From an uncultured Mycoplasmatota bacterium (GTDB taxonomy: Bacteria; Bacillota_I; Bacilli_A; RF39; UBA660), in contig CAMBYP010000002.1 of the NCBI GenBank assembly GCA_945872435.1, forward strand, positions 1 through 58,754: DNA of 58,754 nt, given 5' to 3'. Below the pieces are notes generated by a model that did not search any database, was not told the origin of the DNA, and saw nothing but the letters and a program-made list of their open reading frames with translations. This document shows, piece after piece, positions 53,402-58,754 of the stretch. Every line of letters starts with the position of its first letter. Position 1 is the first letter of the stretch. A program made the position numbers and the translations under genes.

Positions 53402-55531
53402 ATGCAAGAAAGAATATTAGAAATATTAAAAGAAGAAGAACGTGCTTATTCGATAGAAGAATTAGAAGAAATACTAGGTATTCGTAGTGCAGAAGAATTA
53501 AAAACACTTTTAGCTTGTCTTCGTGACTTAGAAAATTCTTTGAAAGTATATCATACAAATAAAGGAAATTATATGTTATTTAATAACAGTCATTTAAGAG
53601 TAGGTAGATTAATTGGTAATAAAAAGGGATTCGGCTTTGTCGATATTGAAGGAGACGAAGATGTTTTTATCCCTCCTACATGCATGAATGGTGCAATTCA
53701 TGGTGATCAAGTAATTGTAGAAATTACATCTAAAAAAGGTCTAGATTTAGAAGGAAGAATTGTAAAGGTTTTAGATCGTAAATTGCATCAAATTGTCGGT
53801 GAGTTTTACTATAAAGGTGGATTAGGACATATTGATCCAGATGATAAAAAAATTAGTATTCATATTGATATTGAACAGAGTAAAACAATGGGGGCTATGA
53901 ATGGTCATAAAGTACTTGTTCGTTTAATTGGTAAAGATGAAAAAGGAAATTATAAAGGTGAAGTTATTAAAATATTAGGACATAAAAATGATCCTGGGGT
54001 AGATATTTTGTCTATTGTAAGTAAATATGAAATTAATGATGTATTCAGTGATGAAGTAATGGAAGCTGTAGAACAACTACCTCTAGAAGTAACAGAAGAA
54101 GAATATATCGGAAGAAGAGACTTACGTAATAAAACAATTTTTACAATTGATGGTGATGATGCAAAAGATTTAGATGATGCCGTATCAATTGATAAATTAG
54201 AAAATGGTCATTATTTATTAGGTATTCATATTGCCGACGTTTCTCATTATGTAAAAGAAAATGGAGAAATCGATAAAGAAGCTTATGAAAGAGGAACAAG
54301 TGTATATCTTGCAGATCGTGTAATACCAATGTTACCTCATAAATTATCAAATGGAATTTGTTCTTTAAATGGTGGTGTCGATCGACTCACCATGAGTTGT
54401 GATATGGAAATCGATGAAAAAGGAAATATTGTTGATTATGATATTTATGAAAGTGTTATTAATTCTAAAAAAAGAATGACTTATCGTGCTGTCAATGATA
54501 TTTTAGAAAAAAATATTGTAGAACCTGGGTATGAACCATTTGTTGATGATTTAAAAGAGATGGAAGTACTTGCTCATATTCTTCGTAAAAATAAAGAAAG
54601 AAGAGGTTATATCGATTTTGATATCGATGAAGCAAAAATTATTGTAAATGATAATGGAGAAGCAATTGATGTAAAATTAAGAGAACGTGGTACTGGTGAA
54701 AAATTAATTGAAGATTTTATGATTGCTGCCAATGAAACAGTTGCTACTCATATTTATTATATGGAACTTCCATTTATTTATCGTATTCATGGAAAACCAA
54801 ATGAAGAAAAAATAGAAAGTTTCTCACAATTTTTAAAAACGTTAGGTATTTCAATACAATATAATAAAAATGAAATAACACCAAAAGATATGCAAAGAGT
54901 ATTAGACAGTTTAAAAGAAAACAAACTTTTTCATTTATTATCTAGTTTACTTTTAAGAAGTATGCAAAAGGCTGTATATGATAAGAACAATATTGGCCAT
55001 TTTGGACTTGCAAGTAAGTGTTATACGCATTTTACTTCTCCAATTAGACGTTATCCTGATCAAACAGTTCATCGTTTGCTTAGAACTTATTTATTTCAAA
55101 AGAAGTTGGATCCGGAAACAATTCGCTATTGGGATTTAAAATTAATTTCTATTGCAGAACATTCTAGTGAAAAAGAAAGAAATGCAATTAGTTGTGAACG
55201 TGAAGTAGATGATATGAAAAAAGCAGAATATATGATGAAACACATTGGAGAAGAATATGAAGGTATGATTACTAGTGTTTTAAATTTTGGAATGTTTGTA
55301 GAATTAGATAATTTAATAGAAGGTTTAATATCAAATGATGATATGAGAGGTGATACATATTATTATGATGAATCTACATTCTCATACGTTGGAAAGAATT
55401 CTAATAAACATTATCGTTTAGGTGATCGTGTGAAGGTAACAGTATTAAATGCTAGTAAGGAAAATAAAACAGTAGATTTTATTTTAAGTGAAATGAAAGA
55501 TATGAAAAAAGAAAAGGAAACATCTAATTAG
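53402..55531 (+). CDS. rnr: ribonuclease R
   Basis: Cold-shock/OB N-domains, RNB catalytic DGDDAKDLDDAVS, C-terminal S1 domain; 709 aa. Confidence 0.95.
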   Translation: MQERILEILKEEERAYSIEELEEILGIRSAEELKTLLACLRDLENSLKVYHTNKGNYMLFNNSHLRVGRLIGNKKGFGFVDIEGDEDVFIPPTCMNGAIHGDQVIVEITSKKGLDLEGRIVKVLDRKLHQIVGEFYYKGGLGHIDPDDKKISIHIDIEQSKTMGAMNGHKVLVRLIGKDEKGNYKGEVIKILGHKNDPGVDILSIVSKYEINDVFSDEVMEAVEQLPLEVTEEEYIGRRDLRNKTIFTIDGDDAKDLDDAVSIDKLENGHYLLGIHIADVSHYVKENGEIDKEAYERGTSVYLADRVIPMLPHKLSNGICSLNGGVDRLTMSCDMEIDEKGNIVDYDIYESVINSKKRMTYRAVNDILEKNIVEPGYEPFVDDLKEMEVLAHILRKNKERRGYIDFDIDEAKIIVNDNGEAIDVKLRERGTGEKLIEDFMIAANETVATHIYYMELPFIYRIHGKPNEEKIESFSQFLKTLGISIQYNKNEITPKDMQRVLDSLKENKLFHLLSSLLLRSMQKAVYDKNNIGHFGLASKCYTHFTSPIRRYPDQTVHRLLRTYLFQKKLDPETIRYWDLKLISIAEHSSEKERNAISCEREVDDMKKAEYMMKHIGEEYEGMITSVLNFGMFVELDNLIEGLISNDDMRGDTYYYDESTFSYVGKNSNKHYRLGDRVKVTVLNASKENKTVDFILSEMKDMKKEKETSN

Positions 55532-55558
55532 ATGTTTTCTTTCTGTGAGGGGTGGATT

Positions 55559-56092
55559 ATGATTTTATATATGATAAGACATGGTGAAACAGATTGGAAT
55601 CAAGAGAAGAAAATTCAAGGAGATACTGATATTCCTTTAAATAAAAATGGAGAAATACAAGCAAAAGAAGTAGCAAAGAAATTAGAAACCATTTTCTTCG
55701 ATGTCTGTTATACCTCTCCATTACAAAGAGCCAAAAAAACAGCAGAAATTGTGCTTCATCAGCAATGTCCTATTATTTTAAAACAGGAATTAATAGAACG
55801 TGATTTTGGAAAAATTGAAGGGACTCCTATTACAAAAGAACAGTCACAAAAATATTGGAATTATGATTTAAATTCTGGTGATGATGGAGTAGAACCAATT
55901 CAACATTTATTAAATCGTACTAGAAATTTATTGATTGATACGATAGAAAAAAATAGAAATAAGACAGTATTATTTGTAACGCATGGTTCTACATTAAGAG
56001 CATTGCACTATAATTTAATAGGATATTCTAAAAATGAAGACTTTATGAAATTTCAAGTTGGAAATTGTCAAATATTTAAATATACGATATAA
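55559..56092 (+). CDS. histidine phosphatase family protein (phosphoglycerate mutase-like)
   Basis: [12 protein letters not shown] catalytic RHG motif and THGSTLRAL. Start set at MILYM. Confidence 0.8.
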   Translation: MILYMIRHGETDWNQEKKIQGDTDIPLNKNGEIQAKEVAKKLETIFFDVCYTSPLQRAKKTAEIVLHQQCPIILKQELIERDFGKIEGTPITKEQSQKYWNYDLNSGDDGVEPIQHLLNRTRNLLIDTIEKNRNKTVLFVTHGSTLRALHYNLIGYSKNEDFMKFQVGNCQIFKYTI

Positions 56093-56111
56093 TAAAAACG
56101 TTGGTGATATC

Positions 56112-56546
56112 ATGGAAATACTAAATAGAAAAGCAAAATTTGATTATGAAATTTTAGATACTTATGAAGCTGGTATTGTTTTAAAAGGAACAGAAATAAA
56201 ATCATTACGTATGGGTAATGCGAATATTAAAGATAGTTATGCGATTATAAAAAATAATGAAGCTTTTCTTTTAAATATGCATATTAGTACTTATAAACAA
56301 GGAAATCAATTTAATCATGATGAAACAAGAACAAGAAAATTATTACTTCATAAAAAAGAAATATATAAACTACGTGATAAAGTAGAAATGAATGGATATA
56401 CCATTGTTCCATTGAAAGTATATTTTAGTAAGAATTATGTAAAAGTATTATTAGGACTTGGTAAAGGTAAAAAGAACTATGATAAAAGAGAAGCTATGAA
56501 AAAAAGAGATACGGAATTATATCTAAAAAAAATGACTAAATATTAG
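56112..56546 (+). CDS. smpB: SsrA-binding protein
   Basis: [29 protein letters not shown]...[12 protein letters not shown]. Start at MEILNRK behind GGTGA; follows rnr. Confidence 0.93.
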   Translation: MEILNRKAKFDYEILDTYEAGIVLKGTEIKSLRMGNANIKDSYAIIKNNEAFLLNMHISTYKQGNQFNHDETRTRKLLLHKKEIYKLRDKVEMNGYTIVPLKVYFSKNYVKVLLGLGKGKKNYDKREAMKKRDTELYLKKMTKY

Positions 56547-56555
56547 TCATTTTTT
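56532..56555 (+). terminator. Rho-independent terminator
   Basis: ATGACTA-aatat-TAGTCAT followed by T5. Confidence 0.75.
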
Positions 56556-56657
56556 ACTTATGGGATATTATCCCATAATGTTTTCATTTTTTTCCAAATT
56601 TCATCCACATTTATTCCAAGTTTGTTTTATAAAATGAATTTGGGAAGGAGATTAGAT

Positions 56658-58095
56658 ATGTATTTACTAAAAAATGCGTGGTTATCTATAACTAGAAATA
56701 AAGGAAGAAATATTTTGATTGGAATTATTTTTATTGCTATTGCATTTACTAGTACAATTACATTAGCAATTAAAAATTCGGCAAATCAAATTATTACATC
56801 ATACGTTAGTAAAAATGATGTGGAAGCTACTTTAACTCTTAATCGGAGTCATATGATGAAAGATTTTCAGCCGGGAGAAGAGAATACAGAAAAAACCAAG
56901 AAATATTTCAACAAATTTCATCACTTACTGAAGAAGAAATAGAAAAATATGGTAATAGTGAATATGTTGATCATTATTATTATACTTATCAATTTGAAAT
57001 GAATAGTGATTCATTAGAAAAAGCAAGTAGTGAATTTACATCGGTAAATGATCGAAAAAAACCAGAAAATGAAGAAAACGAAGATGCTACTCTTCAGCGA
57101 GGAGATTTTACAATAAAAGCGTATAATTCTTATGATAGTATGAGTGAATTTATTAGTGGAGAAAATAAAATGGTAGAAGGTGAGGTATCAGAAGATTTTT
57201 CTTTGGATAATTGTATTATACATGAAGAATTAGCAACAGTGAATGATATAGAAGTAGGGGACAAAATTACTTTAGTAGATTCAAACGATGATACTAATAC
57301 TTATGAATTAACTGTAACAGGAATTTATTAGACAAATACAGAAGGACAAAGTGGTCCATTTCAAATGTTTTCTGATTCGGCAAATACTATTATAACGAAT
57401 CAAACAGTTGCAAAAAAAATACTAGAACAAGATGAAAATTAAAATATACAGTTTCACCTACGTATATATTAAAAGATAAAAATGTAGTAGAAAAATTTGA
57501 AACTGAAGTAACAAAAAAAGGATTAAGTGACGATTATCAAGTTACTACAAATTTAGACTCGATTGAACGTGAAACGGAATCAATTTCTAATTTATCAAGT
57601 TTTGCTAATACATTTTTAATTGTTATTTTAGTAATTGGTGTGATTGTATTATTAATCATTCATATGATCCATATTCGTGAAAGAAAATATGAAATTGGAG
57701 TATTAAGAACTATTGGAATGAAAAAAAGTAGTGTAGTACTTAAATTTCTTATGGAACTTTTCATAGTATCTTTTACATCAATTATCATTGGTGTAGGAAT
57801 TGGTGCTCTAACAAGTGTTCCTGTAGCTAATCATTTATTAAAACAAGAAATTAATTCTAATCAACAATCCATGAATCAAGTTCAAGATAATTTTGGTAGA
57901 GGTGGTCATGATTTACAAATAAAACCAATGAATCAAACTATAGAACAAGTGATAGAAATCAAAGCTGTTGTAAATTTTAAAGTTTTAGGACAAGTAACAA
58001 TAATTGGGATTTTATTAACAATAATTGGTGGAATATCGGCAGTAGTTAGTATTGCAAAATTTTCACCTTTAGAGATTTTAAGGGAAAGGAGTTAA
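56658..58095 (+). pseudogene. FtsX/MacB-type ABC transporter permease, disrupted (two 1-nt deletions plus one in-frame TAG)
   Basis: Three ORF pieces (56658..56942, 56999..57331, about 57437..58095) read as one permease: N-terminal TM, large ectodomain, C-terminal FtsX TM bundle. Lesions at the A run 56890-56895, TAG 57329-57331 and TT 57439-57440. Confidence 0.75.
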
Positions 58096-58097
58096 TT

Positions 58098-58754
58098 ATG
58101 GAAATATTAAAATTAGAGAATGTATCATATCAATATGAAAAAAATCATGATGTTTTACATAATCTTTCTTTTGTTTTTGAAACTGGAAAAGTATATGCAA
58201 TCAAAGGAAAAAGTGGAAGTGGAAAAACAACTTTATTATCTTTATTATCTGGTTTAGAAAAGCCAACAAGTGGTCAAGTATTATACCAAGGGAAAAATTT
58301 AAAAACAATGGATTTAGATAAATATCGCAGTCATGAAATTGGTATTGTATTTCAAAGTTTTAATTTACTTCCTAATTTAACTGCTGTTGAAAATATTATT
58401 TTATCAATGGATATTAATCACTTAAATGTAAAAGATAAAAAAGCTTATGCTTTAGAATTATTAGAGAAAGTTGGATTAAACAGACAAATGGGTGAAAGAA
58501 GAATTTTAAAATTGTCTGGTGGAGAACAACAACGTGTGGCAATTGCTAGAAGTTTATCATATCAACCCCAATTAATACTGGCAGATGAACCAACCGGGAA
58601 TTTAGACGCAGAAACCGAAAAAGAAATTATAGATATTTTGTTACATTTGGCACATCGAGAAAATAAATGCGTAATTATTGTAACTCATTCTAATCAAGTC
58701 GCAAAGAAAGCAGACTTAGTATTTGAAATAAAAAAAAGTAAAGCATCATTTGAA
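58098..58754 (+). CDS. ABC transporter ATP-binding protein (3' end beyond window)
   Basis: Walker A GKSGSGKTT, Q loop, signature LSGGEQQRVAIAR, Walker B LILADEPT. ATG 2 nt after the permease stop. Confidence 0.93.
   Translation, partial: MEILKLENVSYQYEKNHDVLHNLSFVFETGKVYAIKGKSGSGKTTLLSLLSGLEKPTSGQVLYQGKNLKTMDLDKYRSHEIGIVFQSFNLLPNLTAVENIILSMDINHLNVKDKKAYALELLEKVGLNRQMGERRILKLSGGEQQRVAIARSLSYQPQLILADEPTGNLDAETEKEIIDILLHLAHRENKCVIIVTHSNQVAKKADLVFEIKKSKASFE

Noticed and set aside
4064-55000. Many 60-140-aa antisense or out-of-frame ORFs inside long genes, e.g. 4064..4246, 6757..6977, 8148..8417, 9957..10178, 17787..18552, 26098..26526, 31986..32282, 39029..39382, 41718..42026, 47182..47605, 54141..54350
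   Set aside because: They are fully embedded in well-supported genes and have low-complexity or hydrophobic junk-like translations typical of AT-rich antisense frames. None has a convincing RBS.
56547-56657. Expected tmRNA (ssrA) downstream of smpB
   Set aside because: The 110-nt gap has only a terminator and the RBS of the next gene. It has no GGGG...tRNA-like acceptor or T-arm sequence. ssrA must be elsewhere.

Overview
AT-rich, gene-dense core-chromosome segment of a spore-forming low-GC Firmicute. Several blocks match Bacillus-type synteny: nifU-like/yutH-like, dacB-spmA-spmB-rluB, DUF1934-argS-rpoE, dnaD-nth and rnr-smpB. There is also a gerA-type germinant-receptor operon and gerQ. I call about 57 protein-coding genes (mostly + strand) and 10 tRNA genes in four clusters, one cut by the window edge. 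I also call a glmS ribozyme, an Asn T-box leader, several sigma-A-like promoters and many Rho-independent terminators. I saw no IS element, integrase, prophage block, CRISPR array or rRNA. TGA is a normal stop codon here, so the code is standard. No clear-cut novel system can be proven from sequence alone. The stretches most worth a second look are: (1) a translationally coupled PP-loop ATPase plus DUF523/TudS-like 3-Cys gene pair, both interrupted; (2) a terminator-flanked orphan 604-aa protein with no family I can name confidently; (3) a stand-alone FIST protein coupled to an aldehyde dehydrogenase behind a structured leader; (4) a roughly 140-nt leader with a strong-RBS 11-codon micro-ORF and a terminator, ahead of a three-gene operon of unknowns; (5) a signal-less M23 lysin-like gene next to a tRNA cluster; (6) an ABC permease carrying three lesions beside an apparently intact ATPase gene (its 3' end is cut by the window edge). 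All four frameshifts are single-base deletions in A or T runs, so assembly error must be excluded. Two in-frame nonsense codons argue for some real decay. Product names come from motifs I recognise by eye and from synteny; no database search was run.
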